Assembly: GCA_963745235.1 (NCBI GenBank)
Contig: CAVUXE010000053.1
Coordinates: forward strand, 1 to 64,000
DNA from: an uncultured Spirochaetota bacterium
GTDB taxonomy: Bacteria > Spirochaetota > Spirochaetia > SZUA-6 > Fen-1364
DNA: 64,000 bases
Direction of reading: 5' to 3'
This document shows, piece by piece, positions 32,833 to 43,624 of the stretch (the stretch's first letter is position 1; the number at the start of each line of letters is the position of its first letter). The translations under genes and the position numbers were made by a program. The notes under the pieces are model-generated. The model made no database searches. It was given only the letters and a program-made list of their open reading frames with translations, and had not been told where the DNA came from.

Positions 32833-33387
32833 TCAAGCTTCTGAGATCGCAGGTCGGAGGAAGGCCATCCCCACTTTTTCCTTCGCGGTTTTGCACTCTT
32901 GCGTCGGTATTGGGCTCGTGGAAGGGAGGCGGGCGATGAGGACACTGTGCCCCTCCAATTCCGGAGGCCTCCATTCGATTTCCGATCCGATCGGAGGGTC
33001 CTTTCTCATTTGCCCGTGGCCGAAATGCTGAATGAACGACGAAGCGGCTCTGCCGCCATTGAGGGCGATCCGTTCGATCGATGGGTGATCAAGAACATAG
33101 TCGATCAGAAGATTCGGCCGCCCATTTCTGATGTCCTTGTCAAGGCTCCCTGCGCGTTCACATGAAGCCAGCACGTCCCAGACTGCGATCCCGTGTCGTT
33201 CGAGCAGAGCCAGCCTGGCGCGATACTCCTCGGGAAACGGTGCGTCCAGGACGATGCGGAGAACCTCCCAGAAGTGGTTTCTCGCGTTGCCGTAATACTG
33301 CCCCTTTTCGAGTGACATTGCCGAAGGGAAGGAACCAAGAATGAGGAGGCGGGGCCGCGCAGAGCCGACAGGCGGGAGACCATTCAT
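32833..33387 (-). CDS. DNA-deoxyinosine glycosylase (UDG superfamily)
   Basis: LILGSFPS, QYYGNARNHFW, WDVLASCERAGSLD, LPSTSP. Confidence 0.85.
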   Translation of the reverse strand: MNGLPPVGSARPRLLILGSFPSAMSLEKGQYYGNARNHFWEVLRIVLDAPFPEEYRARLALLERHGIAVWDVLASCERAGSLDKDIRNGRPNLLIDYVLDHPSIERIALNGGRAASSFIQHFGHGQMRKDPPIGSEIEWRPPELEGHSVLIARLPSTSPIPTQECKTAKEKVGMAFLRPAISEA

Positions 33388-33541
33388 AAGACATATGCGT
33401 TCCAATATCCGGAACTTGTCAAGCTTGGGGTGGGGGGCGCGGCTTACCACAGCGCTTGTCAACAAGCTTCGCAAGAAGAGGCCGCGTCGCTTCTAAGCGA
33501 CCATCATTTTTTTCTTTACGACGAAGAGGAATGTGCATAGC

Positions 33542-33760
33542 ACGGCTCATTCCCACCTGAACGCGGCCGTGCTGGACAGCTCCTGGGAGCAGACAGAATG
33601 ACAGGCCGTTCCTGCTGATTCCCTACGCGTACGAAGGCACGGGTCACCAGTTTGAGCCCGGGTATCTTGTCCGCCTTGCAAATCGGAGGGCGCTGGTCCT
33701 CGAGATGAAGGGTGAGGAAAACGATCAGGACAGGGCACCCGCATCCGCTGCCGGGGATAT
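33542..33760 (+). pseudogene. Remnant of the C-terminal nuclease region of a type III restriction (Res) enzyme
   Basis: Hand translation SHLNAAVLDSSWEQ / NDRPFLLIPYAYEGTGHQFEPGYLVRLANRRALVLEMKGEENDQD; no start, internal deletion. Confidence 0.6.
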
Positions 33761-33901
33761 TGAAAAGAATGGCAACTGGGTCCTGAAGCGCATCGCGCTG
33801 GTGTGGTGTAAGTAGCGCTTCTTTACAACGCGCGAACTTGGAGAGCACCTGGATGCAGCTATCGGCGGAAAACGGCAAGCATCCGAGGGGCGAAAAAACA
33901 C

Positions 33902-33930
33902 TTGCAGTAATAACTAAACAAATGTATAGT
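33902..33930 (+). promoter_or_regulatory. Promoter with an overlapping palindromic operator
   Basis: TTGCAG, 17 bp, TATAGT; near-perfect palindrome ACTAAACA-AA-TGTATAGT (33913-33930); ATG 7 nt downstream. Confidence 0.65.
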
Positions 33931-33937
33931 ACCTGCC

Positions 33938-35273
33938 ATGGAGAACCTCGAGGAACTCGGTCAGGAGATCGCCAGCTTGTCCGCCCACCTGGATGCAGCC
34001 GCCCATCGTCTGCTGGAATGCATCCGACGCTTCGATGAGGCCTGCGGCTGGCACGAGCAGGGCGCGGTGTCCTGCGCGCACTGGCTGGCGTGGCGCCTCG
34101 GATGGGACCTGGCCACCGCCCGCGAGAAGGTACGGGTGGCACGCGCGCTGGGTAGGCTGCCCGCCATCAACGAATCGTTGCGCACCGCCAGGCTATCCTA
34201 CGCCAAGGTTCGCGCGCTCACTCGGGTGGCGACCCCCGAGAACGAAGCGAAGCTGCTGGAGATGGCGCTTATCGCAACCGGGGCGCAGCTTGAGCGGCTG
34301 TGCCGAGGCTATCGAGGGGTACTGGACTCTGAAAGGACGCCGGCGCCGGAGGAGCGTTCGGTACGCCAGCGGCTGCTGGCGGGGGGGATGGTCAAGCTGG
34401 AGTTGGTGCTTGAGCCCGACGAGGCGGATTTGATCCTGCGCGCCATCGAGCGCGCCCGGGAGGTGCACGCCCGCAGGGCAGAGCCGCTGGAGACAGAGGC
34501 TCCCGGAGCGCCTGCCGACCTGCGTGCCTCCGGTACCTGCGGCGCGGGGGGAGGCGGAGGCAGTTGAAGCCGCCGGCGTTTCCGCGGAAACGTGCTGGCC
34601 CTCGCGGGCTGACGGCGCGGTGAAGCTCGCCGAGTCGTTCCTGGCAGGCAATCCCGTGACGGGAACCGGCGGGGAGCGCTTCCAGGTCATGGTTCACCTG
34701 GATCAGGAGGTGCTTGGGCCAGACAGTGCTTGGGCGGCCACCCTGGAGGACGGAACGCGCATTTCCGCGGAAACGTTGCGCCGGGTGGCCTGCGATTGCG
34801 GCCTCGTGGCCACAGGTGGCGATGGGGAGGCACTGAACATCGGTCGCCGCGCCCGCAGTATTCCGCCCGCCATCCGTCGCGCCCTGATGCTGCGTGACCG
34901 CGGCTGCGCCTTTCCGGGGTGCACCCACACGGCCTTCCTTCACGGGCACCACATCCGGCACTGGCTGCACGGCGGGGAAACCAGCCTGGTCAATGTTGTC
35001 CTGCTGTGCAGCCTCCATCATCACCTGGTTCACGAAGGCGGGTGGACCGTAACCTCCGCAACCGACGGCGCTTTTGCCTTTCACTCGCCTGCCGGCAAGC
35101 TGCTCGCGCCCGAGCCGCCGCGCGAGCTGGTTGATGACACGCTGGACTGGCTGCGCGAGTGGGCTGATGAGCACGAGCTGGACCTTGGCCCTGACGTCAA
35201 CGTGCCGCAGTGGGATGGGAAGACACCGGACTACAACGCTGCGGTGGGATGGCTGCTGGCGGCTGGCCAGTAG
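33938..35273 (+). CDS. DUF222 domain + HNH endonuclease (13E12-repeat-like); frameshift near 34550
   Basis: CAHWLAWR, LSYAKVRALTRVATPENE, RRVACD, RDRGCAFPGC, HHIRHWLHGG, LLCSLHHHLVHEGG. Confidence 0.88.
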
Positions 35274-35319
35274 CCGCTGGCGCCCGCGGCGATTGTCACG
35301 CTATTTCTGTGACATTACA

Positions 35320-38300
35320 CTAGAGGTGCGGCCCGGTGAGCAGGAGCTTCAGCCTGTTGAGCTGGTTCACTTCGCTGGCGCCCGGGTCATAGTCTATGGG
35401 GGCGATGGTCACCTCCGGGTGACGCCTGCGGAGCTCGCGGATCATGCCCTTGCCGGTCACGTGGTTGGGCAGGCACGCGAAGGGCTGGATGCACGCAATG
35501 GCATTCACGCCGCTTCCGATGAGCTCCACCATTTCAGCGGTGAGGAACCATCCTTCGCCCGTCATGTTCCCCAGCTGGACGATCCCGTCCACTCCCTCAG
35601 CGAGCCGCCGGAAGCCCTGAGGAGGATCGAACCTCTTTGACGCCGCAAGCTCACGCTTCATGCGCACACGGAACAGCTCGATCAGGGCGATCGCGAGCCT
35701 GGCCAGCAGCGCGCCGCGGAGGCTGCCGGCCAGCTTCCTGCGGCGGAACAGGTTCCCCGAGGAGGAGTACAGAAGGAAGTCCACCAGGTCAGGGACGACG
35801 GCTTCCGCCCCTTCTGATTCGATCACCCGAACTATCTCATTATTGGCCGTGGGGTGGAACTTGACCAGGATCTCCCCGACAACTCCGACCCTGAGCTTGC
35901 TCTCGTTTCTGACAGGCAGCTCATCGAAGGCCTTGACCATGAGCGATATGGTGCGGTGGAAGGTCCGCAGGCGCGGACGAGCGAGCGCCTGCGCGCAGGT
36001 CTCGCTCCAGAGCGCGCAGAGGCGGTCAGCCGCTCCCGGTTCGACCTCGTACGGACGCACCCGGTAGAGCATCCTCATGAGAAGGTCGCCGTACACGAGC
36101 GCCATCATCGCCCGGGCCAGAAAGGGCAAGGTCAGGCGGAAACCGGGATTCTTCTCCAGGCCAAGCGCGTTGACGGATATGACCGGCACGTGGCCCATCC
36201 CGGCGTCCGCCAGCGCCTTGCGAATGAAGGCGATGTAGTTGGTGGCCCTGCAGCCGCCGCCTGTCTGCGAGATAAGGAGCGCGGTGCGCGACGGGTCGTA
36301 GCGTCCCGAGCGGAGAGCCGACATCATCTGGCCGACCACGAGGATGGAGGGATAGCAGGCGTCGTTGTTGACGTAGGTGAGTCCCACGTCCACGGCCTTT
36401 CTGTCCACCTCGGGAAGGATCTCCAGGTTGAAGCCGGAGAGCCGAAAGGCGCGCTCCAGGATGCGGAAGTGGATTGGCGACATCTGCGGGGCCAGGATCG
36501 TGTGGGTCTGCTTCATGCCGGCAGTGAAAACCGGACGCGACTCCCCCGACCGCGCGGGACGGTGGCCGAGGTCCGGGCCCCGCGCATCCAGCGCCGCCTT
36601 GAGCGAGCGCAGGCGGATGCGCGCCGCTCCGAGGTTCGACTGCTCATCGATCTTCAGCAGCGCGGATGCCCTGCCATGCCGGGACAGTATCTCCTGCACC
36701 TGGTCGGTGGTCACGGCATCCAGGCCGCACCCGAAGGAGGTGAGCTGCACGAGGGCCAGGTCTCTCCGATCCGCGGCAAAGGAGGCCGCCGCGTACAGGC
36801 GGGTATGGTAGACCCACTGGTCTATCACCCGAAGGGGACGCTGGATCCGGCCCAGGTGGGAGACCGAGTCCTCCGTGAGGACAGCCATGCCGAGGGAAAC
36901 GATGAGCTCGGGAACGCCGTGATGGATCTCCGGGTCCAGGTGATAGGGTCTGCCGGCAAGGATCACGCCGCGAAGGCGCCGCTCTTCGATCTCTTTCAGG
37001 ACCTCTTCCCCCTTTGCCCTGACTTCCCCCTTGAAGCGGGCCTGCTCTGCAAAGGCGGCTTCCACGGCGCCGTCGATATCAGTTCGCGAAATGCCTGCCC
37101 ATGCGAGCTCCTCCGCGAGTCGCTCCTTCAAGCGCCTGGGGTGGTGGAGGGGAAGAAACGGATTTGCGTAGCGGACACCGCGGTGGCCGGGTGCGGCGCT
37201 CCTCAGCCCTTCCACGTTGTTGAGGATCACCTCGGGGTAGGAGGTCACGATGGGGCAGTTGAAATGGTTGGCCGCGTCCTCTGTCTTCTCGCGGGCTGTA
37301 CGGCACGCAGGGATAGAAAATGAAATTGAGGCCATCCCGCACCAGACGGGTGATATGCCCGTGCACCAGCTTCCCCGGATAGCAGACGGACTCGGACGGG
37401 ATGGTCTCCATGCCCGCCTCGTATACCGACTTGCTGGAGCGCGGCGACAGGCGGACGGAGAACCCCAGGTGCGTAAAGAACGTGAACCAGAACGGGTAGT
37501 CTTCGTAGATGTTCAGGACCCGGGGGATGCCCACCACGCCGCGAGGGGCATCACCGGGGGCCAGGGGCCGATAGCGGAACAGGCGGGCAAGCTTCCACGC
37601 AAAGAGGTTGGGGATCTGCGCGGTTGCCGGGCCTCCTGTGGCAGCCCGGTCACCGCCGAGACGGGCTCCCCGCTCGCAGCGATTCCCCGAAACGTATGAT
37701 CGGGTGTCGGAGAACCGCGTGATCGTGAGCATGCAGGCGTTCTGGCACGACCTGCACCTTTCCATGGACACGCTGGTGCGCAGGGCGCATACCTCCTGAA
37801 GGCCGAGCATTCCGCTGCGCTCAACGCCGGAGGCCCTGCGCCGCGCAAGGAGGGCGGCCCCGAATGCTCCCATGAGACCGGCCACGTCGGGCCGGACCGC
37901 GGTGCGACCCGCGACGAGCTCGAATGCGCGCAGGACGGCGTCGTTCAGGAAAGTGCCTCCCTGGACGACCACCTTCTCCCCGAGCTCATCCGGGCTCTTC
38001 AGGCGGATCACTTTCTGCAGCGCATTGCGGATCACGGAGTAGGAAAGGCCGGCCGAGATGTCTCCGACCCCCGCGCCTTCCTTCTGCGCCTGCTTGACCC
38101 GTGAGTTCATGAACACCGTGCAGCGCGATCCCAGGTCCACCGGGGCCGCGGCGCGCAGCGCTTCGCAGCCGAACCGCTCCACCGGCATTCCCAGGGACTG
38201 GGCGAAGGTTTCCAGGAACGAGCCGCAGCCGGACGAGCACGCCTCGTTCAACAGTACGGTGGAGATGGTCCCGTCGTTGACGCGGAGGAACTTCATGTCC

Positions 38301-39592
38301 TGCCCGCCGATGTCCAGGATGGATTGGACCCCGGGGAGGAACTCCGATGCGGCCGCCTGGTGCGCGACGGTCTCCACCTCTCCATCATCGAGACGGAACG
38401 CCTCCCTGACCAGGGCTTCCCCGTACCCCGTGGAACACGCGCGGGAGACCCAGGCGCCAGGGGGAATGGCGCGAAGCACCTCGGTGACCATTGCTGTGGC
38501 GACTCCCAGAGGATCCCCGCCGTTGCCCCGGTACGCTGACCACGCAATGGCCCCCTTGGCATCGATCACGACCGCCTTGGTGGTCGTCGAGCCTGCATCC
38601 AGCCCGAAGAACAGAGGTCCGCGCGCCCCCGCAATCTCCGTCCTCAGCGCGCGGGCTTTCCCGTGCCGGTCACGGAACGCCGCAAGCTCGCTCCCGTCCC
38701 GGAACAGCGGGCGCATGCGCTGCACCTCGGGCTCCCTCTCACCGCACAGTCCGCGCACACGGTCCCGAAGCTCCATGAGGCCAACGACGTTCTCTTTCTC
38801 CGAGGCAAGCGCGGCCCCCATGGCCACGAAGAGCTCGGCGCGAGCGGGGGTTCGAACGTGCTCGGGAGCCAGGCCGAGAGTCTTCACGAAGAGCTTCCTC
38901 GTTTCGGGAAGGAAATGCAGCGGACCGCCGAGGAAGGCGACCCGGCCGCGGATGGGCTTCCCGCAGGCGAGCCCCGAGATCGTCTGGTTCACCACCGCCT
39001 GCAGCACGCTGGCCGCGATGTCCTCCCGGCGCGCGCCCTCGTTGATGAGGGGTTGCACGTCGGACTTTGCGAACACTCCACAACGGGCGGCAATGGGGTA
39101 GATGGTCGTATGGGCCCGGGCAAGCTCGTTGAGCCCCGCGGCGTCGGTCTGCAGGAGGCTCGCCATCTGGTCGATGAACGCCCCGGTGCCCCCCGCGCAC
39201 GTGCCATTCATGCGCTGCTCCAGGCCGCCCGTGAAATACGTGATCTTGGCGTCCTCTCCGCCCAGCTCGATCGCGACATCCGTGTCCGGCAGAAATCGGG
39301 AGACCGCGCGCGTGCCGGCGATCACCTCCTGCACAAAGGGGAGATCGAGCCATCGGGAGACCGAGAGGCCGCCGGAGCCGGTGATTGCCACGCTGAGTGA
39401 CTGCCCCGGGGCCGCCCGGCAAAGCTCATCATGGGCAGCCTCCACGATCTCGATCAACGCGCCCCGGATGTCGGCGTGGTGACGCTCGTAGGTGCTGAAG
39501 ACAAGCGCGTCACTGGCGTCCAGGACCGCAAGCTTGACCGTCGTTGAGCCGATGTCGATGCCGGCGTGAAGCGTCCCGTTGGCCGTGCTCAC
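35320..39592 (-). CDS. CoA-substrate-specific enzyme activase (2 BadF/BcrA ATPase domains + DUF2229); frameshift near 37290
   Basis: [63 protein letters not shown]. Confidence 0.9.
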
Positions 39593-39847
39593 GATCCGGA
39601 GGCCTCCGCTATCCAGTCGTCGCCTCCGCCGCCCTCTCTCTCCATGAGCCCGAGCTCCACGAGGCTGTGTCGGAGCATCGCCGTGTCATCGCTGAATCGA
39701 GTGAGCATCTCGTTCACGGCCGCTTCCTTGTACCGGAGGCCCGGCGCGAAAGGTGGTGGGATACCGTTGACCCGCCCAGTCCCGATTCATGTCGGCAAGG
39801 GCACGGAAGAAGCCGAGAAGCTCCTTCGTCAGGGATTCAGATGTCAT
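39589..39847 (-). pseudogene. Internally deleted ArsR/DUF2087 protein
   Basis: N-terminus ELLGFFRALADMNR joined out of frame to [38 protein letters not shown] (DUF2087-like). Confidence 0.6.
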
Positions 39848-39866
39848 GGCTGTGCCTCAAGAGAAA

Positions 39867-39894
39867 AAACGATTCGATGCTTTTGAAATCGTTT
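39867..39894. promoter_or_regulatory. Inverted repeat AAACGATT-N12-AATCGTTT, possible operator
   Basis: Perfect 8-bp arms about 20 bp upstream of the ArsR/DUF2087 start. Confidence 0.5.
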
Positions 39895-40036
39895 CTATCA
39901 CTATCAATGTGACAGCGTCAAGGCGGCCGGCGCTCACGAGCGCTGTCGTTGACAACAAAAGCGCCTTCTTCCATTGTAAGCATAGGGTGCCGATGCTGAA
40001 GGCGCCCTCCATAAACGCTGGCGAGGAGCCTTTTCG

Positions 40037-40902
40037 ATGTGCGATCACTGCATGAAACACGGAGCCGGGGGCAAGTGGTATCTCAACGCGAAAAGCTACT
40101 CGGAAGAGGTCGCGAGCAAGTACAATCTCCGCGAGTTCCTGCTGGAGCAGTACAAGAACTTCGAGCAGATCTCCGTGCGCAAGGTAGCCGGCTTCAGCCC
40201 GGTGGGCAACGACCATCTTTTCAGAATGCCCATCATCGGAAGGATCGTGCGACGGACCAAGGGCTCCTGCACAGCACCCGGCCGCCCAGGAACCCCTTTC
40301 GCCCGGAAGGGCACATCGGCCAGGTGGTCCCCCTGGAGGATGCGGTGGCCATTCTGGAAACCTGCGCAGCGGAGCCCATCATCGAGAAGAACTGCATGTG
40401 CCGCTACATGACGCGCGGTGAGAAGGAGGCCTGCTGCATCAACTTCGGCGTCATGTCGGAGATCATCGACAAGCTGCCCCGGTTCATCCCGGAGAAAGAG
40501 AAGTACCACCTGAGCCGGGAAGAGGCCGTTCGCAGGTTCACGGAGCACAACCAGAAGGGCTACATCGGGACCATCTGGTACGGCCCGTACCCGTACATCA
40601 ATAACCTGTGCTCCTGCAAGAGCCCCGAATGTGCGGGCATCCGGCCGCGCATGGACTTCGGCATCATGTCCATCCACAAGGCGGAATACGTTGCCGATAT
40701 CCATGACACCCTTTGCCGTGGATGTCTCCAGTGCGTGCAGCGCTGCCCGTTCAAGGCAATCGATGGAGACAGGAAGACCGGCAGGCCCCGCGTCAACCAG
40801 GAGAAGTGCTTCGGCTGCGGAGTTTGCCGCCACGCCTGCGACACGCGTGCCCTGTTCCTTGTCCCGCGCGCCAGCCGCGCGGCGGTTGCCGGCAGGTACT
40901 GA
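40037..40902 (+). CDS. 4Fe-4S dicluster ferredoxin-domain protein (frameshift near 40265)
   Basis: MCDHCMKHG, CMCR, LCSC, CRGCLQCVQRCP, CFGCGVCRHAC. Confidence 0.85.
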
Positions 40903-40907
40903 CCGGC

Positions 40908-41171
40908 ATGCTCCGAAGGACACGAATCAGCATCGACTATTCCCTGTGCGGGGACGGCCGGGGCGTGGACCCGCGGGTCTGCTGCCTCTGCCTGCGCGCC
41001 TGCGAACCCGCCGTTTTCCTGCTCCATCAAACCATCGGAGCCCTCCAGCCTGATCCGCTGGACCCACAGACCTGGCGCGTCACCCCGCTGTGGCAGTCCC
41101 TGTGCACCGGCTGCATGAAGTGCGTGCTATCCTGTCCCCCGGGTGCCATCAGGGTGAGACATTCCGCATGA
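40908..41171 (+). CDS. Small ferredoxin-like protein
   Basis: CCLCLRACEP and CTGCMKCVLSCP motifs. Confidence 0.78.
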   Translation: MLRRTRISIDYSLCGDGRGVDPRVCCLCLRACEPAVFLLHQTIGALQPDPLDPQTWRVTPLWQSLCTGCMKCVLSCPPGAIRVRHSA

Positions 41172-42223
41172 GCGACCGCGCGGCATCGCCGCAAAAATAC
41201 CTGGTCATGGGCGGCGCGGGAATGCTCGGGTACGAGATCGTGCGCCAGCTCCTGGATCGCGGCAAAGACGTTCGCGTGCTGGACCTCCAGCCGCTTGCTG
41301 ACAGTCGACCCGAGTCAATAGTCGGCGACATCCGTGATCCTCGGGCCGTCGAGCGGGCCTGTGAAGGCATGGACGTGGTGATCCAGACCGCGGCCTCTGT
41401 CTGGAACGTGCGCACCCCGCGAAGCCTCTACGACCAGGTGAACGTTGGCGGGAACCGGCTCGTCATCGACTCCTGCCTGCGCCTGGGCGTGCCGCGTCTT
41501 GTCTACACCAGCTCCATGGACGTCGTCGTTGACGGGAGAAAGCCGATCAGGGATGGCGATGAATCCCTTCCCTATCCGGCACGGATGCCGAAGGACGCGT
41601 ACAGCAGGTCAAAGATCGTGGCCGAGCAAATGGTGCTGGCGGCCAATGGCCGGCAGCTTTGCACGTGCGTGCTTCGGCCGGTGGGGATGTACGGGCCGCG
41701 GGACAAGTACCACCTGGGCAACATCATCGCCATGGCGCGCAAGGGTGTGTCTCTCCGTCTGGGCAACGGGTCAGCCCGGTTCAGTCATGCCTATTCGGAG
41801 AATGTGGCGCACGCCCACCTCCTTGCCGCAGAGCGCCTGCAGCCGGGCGGACCGGTGTGCGGGCAGTGCTATTTCATCTGCGATCACTACCCGGCGGAGA
41901 ACCTCTTCGATTTCATGGAGCCGTTTCTGCGGGCGCTGGATCTGCCCGTTCCGCGCCGTTCCATCCCCTATCGGCTGGCCTACGCGCTTGCCGCGCTTGC
42001 CGAGGTGGTTGCCCCGCATTCGAACTTCAACCGCTTCGCGGTCATTCAGACCTGCGTGGATCATACCTTCGTGGACACAAAGGCGGCCCATGAGCTGGGT
42101 TACCGTCCCATCGTGTCCCGCGAAGAGGCGTTTCGAAGGTCCGTGAGGTGGCTGCGGGACCCCGGCGCGGCCCCGGCTCCTATTCCAGGTTCGCGTGACG
42201 CTCGAACATCTTCTGCTCGCTGA
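41168..42223 (+). CDS. NAD-dependent epimerase / 3-beta-hydroxysteroid dehydrogenase family protein
   Basis: GGAGMLG, VYTSS, YSRSK, LRPVGMYGPRD, ENVAHAH. Confidence 0.88.
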   Translation: MSDRAASPQKYLVMGGAGMLGYEIVRQLLDRGKDVRVLDLQPLADSRPESIVGDIRDPRAVERACEGMDVVIQTAASVWNVRTPRSLYDQVNVGGNRLVIDSCLRLGVPRLVYTSSMDVVVDGRKPIRDGDESLPYPARMPKDAYSRSKIVAEQMVLAANGRQLCTCVLRPVGMYGPRDKYHLGNIIAMARKGVSLRLGNGSARFSHAYSENVAHAHLLAAERLQPGGPVCGQCYFICDHYPAENLFDFMEPFLRALDLPVPRRSIPYRLAYALAALAEVVAPHSNFNRFAVIQTCVDHTFVDTKAAHELGYRPIVSREEAFRRSVRWLRDPGAAPAPIPGSRDARTSSAR

Positions 42224-42740
42224 CGCCTGTTTCTTCCATCAGGAGCAGGACGCAGGAATCCAGCAGAATCCCGAGAGCCTGCTCGAACAGCGTCGCCATG
42301 GGCTGAGCAGAGTGAGAGCCGCTGACCGCGGCGGCTTTCGGAGAAGGGGCGGGTATTCGCACCACGGTGCCGGCTATTTTCCCGAGAGGGGACCCTGGGT
42401 CAATGGTCAAAAGGGCAACCGCGCCGCCGCGCTTTCTGGCCTGCTCCGCAACGGCAACCAGGCTGGACGTGCTCCCTGAGCCCGAGCCCACCACCAGGAT
42501 TTCTCCCGGCGTCAGCGCCGGCGTGGTGGCATCTCCGACAACGTATGCCGGGATTCGCATGTGCATGAGGCGCATCGCAAAACCGCGCATGGCAAGGCCG
42601 GACCTTCCAGCGCCGGCAACAAACACCCCGCTTGCCGCTCGAATGGCCGTGGCGAGACGGCCCACTTCCGCCGCGTCGACCTGGGAGATGACGGAACGGA
42701 TTTCCTCAACCGCGGTGAACCGGATCTGCTCGTAGCTCAT
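42180..42740 (-). CDS. hxlB: 6-phospho-3-hexuloisomerase
   Basis: GAGRSGL, FAMRLMH, SGSGST, QPMATLFEQ, RHANLE. Confidence 0.93.
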   Translation of the reverse strand: MSYEQIRFTAVEEIRSVISQVDAAEVGRLATAIRAASGVFVAGAGRSGLAMRGFAMRLMHMRIPAYVVGDATTPALTPGEILVVGSGSGSTSSLVAVAEQARKRGGAVALLTIDPGSPLGKIAGTVVRIPAPSPKAAAVSGSHSAQPMATLFEQALGILLDSCVLLLMEETGVSEQKMFERHANLE

Positions 42741-43599
42741 GTTTCCTCACACGATAGGTGACCCCCACGCGCGGCATCACGCAGCGCACGGGTCCGCCCA
42801 GGCGGGCAATCTTTTCTGCCGCCGTCTGCGGGTCGATTGTGTTGAAGTCGAAGAGACCCCAATGATGGCAGAACAGAAGGCCTATGCCGGCACTGCGGCA
42901 AAGCTGGATGGCCTCCTCCAGGTGGAAGTTCCCGAGCACTCCCCGTGATGTCAGGTATTCGCTCCTGCCGTTGACCGGCAAGAGCGCCACGTCGATTGCG
43001 CTGGCGCGCAGTGTTTCTTCCAGTCCTTCGTAAGGGACGCAGTCACCCGAATGATAGATACGGACGCCGCCAAGGGTCACGATGTACCCGAGGTGCAGGA
43101 GCTCCCCGCGCTCGTTGCGCGCAAGCTGCTCGTGAGCGGCCGCGACCGCATCCACCTGCACACCATCTTCGGGCTCCCGGGTTTCTCCGGCATCCATGGC
43201 GAGAAGTCGCGGCTCCGGGATGCCGAGAGAGACGGCACGCGCGGTCTCCGCGCGCGGAACGATGAACGCGCACGAGGGATTGGCTCGTGCGATGGCGGGA
43301 AGCGTCCCCGGGTCCATGTGATCGGAGTGGCGATGCGTGCACAACACCAGGTCGATTCCGCGCGCTGCCGTCGGCTCCAGGGGGGACGGCATCATGCGGG
43401 TGTGGGGGAGCTCCTTGCCCCGGTACTTTTCAGCAAGGGAGTCCGAAAGGTATGGATCGATGAGGAGGAGATGACCGCCCCCGCGCAGGGCAAAGCCGGC
43501 CTGGCCGAGCCAGTTCAGGCAGACCCCCGAGGGCGCGCGCTGCAGGGTCAGCTCCTGGGCAAGGGTTGACGCGAAGGGATGCTCTTCCATCCGGACCAT
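42706..43599 (-). CDS. MBL-fold metallo-hydrolase (UlaG-like)
   Basis: WLGQAGF, IDPYLSD, THRHSDHMD, YHSGD, LPVNGR. Confidence 0.88.
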   Translation of the reverse strand: MVRMEEHPFASTLAQELTLQRAPSGVCLNWLGQAGFALRGGGHLLLIDPYLSDSLAEKYRGKELPHTRMMPSPLEPTAARGIDLVLCTHRHSDHMDPGTLPAIARANPSCAFIVPRAETARAVSLGIPEPRLLAMDAGETREPEDGVQVDAVAAAHEQLARNERGELLHLGYIVTLGGVRIYHSGDCVPYEGLEETLRASAIDVALLPVNGRSEYLTSRGVLGNFHLEEAIQLCRSAGIGLLFCHHWGLFDFNTIDPQTAAEKIARLGGPVRCVMPRVGVTYRVRKHELRADPVHRG

Positions 43600-43624
43600 G
43601 AGACAAAGTATACCTTTAAACACC

